This document shows positions 62,576 through 64,000 of a stretch of 64,000 nucleotides of DNA, one piece after another. The stretch is from Podarcis erhardii (taxonomy: Eukaryota), in assembly GCA_964252035.1 (NCBI GenBank), contig OZ176200.1. One strand, 5' to 3'. The notes below the pieces were generated by a model. It had not been told where the DNA came from. It worked only from the letters and a program-made list of their open reading frames with translations, and did not search any database. A program made the translations under genes and the position numbers. The stretch's first letter is position 1. Each line of letters begins with the position of its first letter.

Positions 62576-64000
62576 CATGTCAATTTCCCTATATTGGGAA
62601 AATCCAATTAGATACCATCATTTTAAGAAGTTAGATCACTGGAGTCGGCCTTTTTCGTTTGTGCCATCTATACAGAACCTTGATTCTCAGGAAGCTCCAC
62701 CAGGCCACACCTCCGCTTTTAGGTCATTGGAAAAACATTTTTGTTTAATGCCACTTGGAGTTTCTTTTTGAGTCCAGAGGGAAGAGATTCCTACTTCACG
62801 TCCCTTAACCTTGACGGCTATGTAAATCAAGGTTCAGTTTTATTCTGTTCACTATATAATGATCCACAGCGTATCAATAATCCATGTTCGGAAAGTGGTT
62901 TCCATTACAGTTTTGGCAGAAATAGATGTCGTTTGAGATTTGATAGTTTATTAATTGGTTGTTTTTGGCTATAATGTGCCTCCCAGTAAAGCCAATGGGA
63001 TAACTCCTGCTGATCCAAATAGAGTTCATTTCCACCTCCACTGCTTATTTGCTGATTAAAAGTTTGTTTTCTAAGAACTGGTTGCTTTAAGACGTGCTGT
63101 GTGATGGAGGAATAATGTGCAGCAGCATTAATTTTAGCTGAGAATTTAAATAAAAAAAAAATACAAGTCTAACATAATCTGTGTGCAGAGTAGTGATAAG
63201 AGAAGGAAAAATGTATCATGGTCCAGCACTTTTTCTATCTGAAAATCCGTGCAAGATGCTTCTCTTACCTACATCTGTAGCAAATGCCTTCTGGGCTTCT
63301 AAAACTAGCTTTCTGTTTCGCATCTGCAAATAATTTGCTGCATGTGAAGATATATCTATAAATATCTTACTACACTGTTGGTTTAAGAAATTAGTTATAC
63401 TCTATTTTGCCTCTGTTTTTCCCAACTATTTGGCAGAGATTCTACCCAATTTAGGCAATAAGAATTCTTATTGGAAGCTGGAAGTACATTGTCAGAGCCA
63501 GTGTCATTTCTGTGGAAGAGACCAAAGGTTACAGCCTCAATGCTAAAATAGATATTATATTATATGTGTCATTTAACTTGCATTTAATATTTGATTTTAT
63601 TGGTAATTTTGATGCATATTTTATATTTTATGTAAACTGCTTAGAGGTTTCAATGATCAAGCAATATAGAAATCCGATTAAATAAACAGAAATTCATTTT
63701 AATCAACATGCATGTTTTTAATGCAATTAGCAGCCAGTTGGGAATTCTTTCCTGGTGCAAAGAGCTTCAAAGGACCGCTTTTCATCAGGACCACAGCAGT
63801 GGAGAAAGAGTTAAACTCCATCTCCCGCCCCTTTTGCGACTGTAATAATGATAATCTCCAGTAGTTGCTATTTGCATTTTAAGACCATACACATTAATTT
63901 CAAAGATGCATTTAACCTTATCTCTGGTGTGGCCCTTAGCTGATGTTATTTACAACTACAGTTGCCAATGCAAAACAAGTTTTTGAAACAAAATGGGAAA

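Overview
This is eukaryotic genomic DNA from a squamate reptile, most likely a lacertid-like lizard. That is inferred from the repeat set: Sauria/Squam1-type SINEs with (ACCTTT)n tails, Squam3-like SINEs, young CR1 LINEs, L1, L2, Rex1/Babar-like fragments, and hAT and Tc1/mariner MITEs. The window is AT-rich and repeat-dense, with two assembly gaps (28253-28435 and 39384-39680). I cannot recognise any host protein-coding exon by homology, so it looks like a large intron or intergenic region. The only long ORFs with recognisable products are retrotransposon-derived: an L1 ORF2 remnant at ~12.5-14.2 kb and CR1 ORF2 remnants at ~26.0-26.8 kb and ~62.0-62.5 kb. The most notable object is an apparently complete 1,975-bp poly(A) retroelement at 56802-58776 (minus strand). 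It has a 17-bp target-site duplication, a CpG-rich 5' end with hairpins, and one intact 209-aa ORF without endonuclease or RT motifs, resembling a HAL1-like non-autonomous L1 partner. Other points of interest are a 1.05-kb non-autonomous hAT element defined by a perfect 8-bp TSD, which explains the longest spurious ORF; two SINEs with different tRNA heads on the same CR1 tail; several nested insertions; a candidate TATA promoter with an upstream TALE-motif cluster; and low-confidence candidate exons and microexons. There is no prokaryotic-type system (CRISPR, operon) here.
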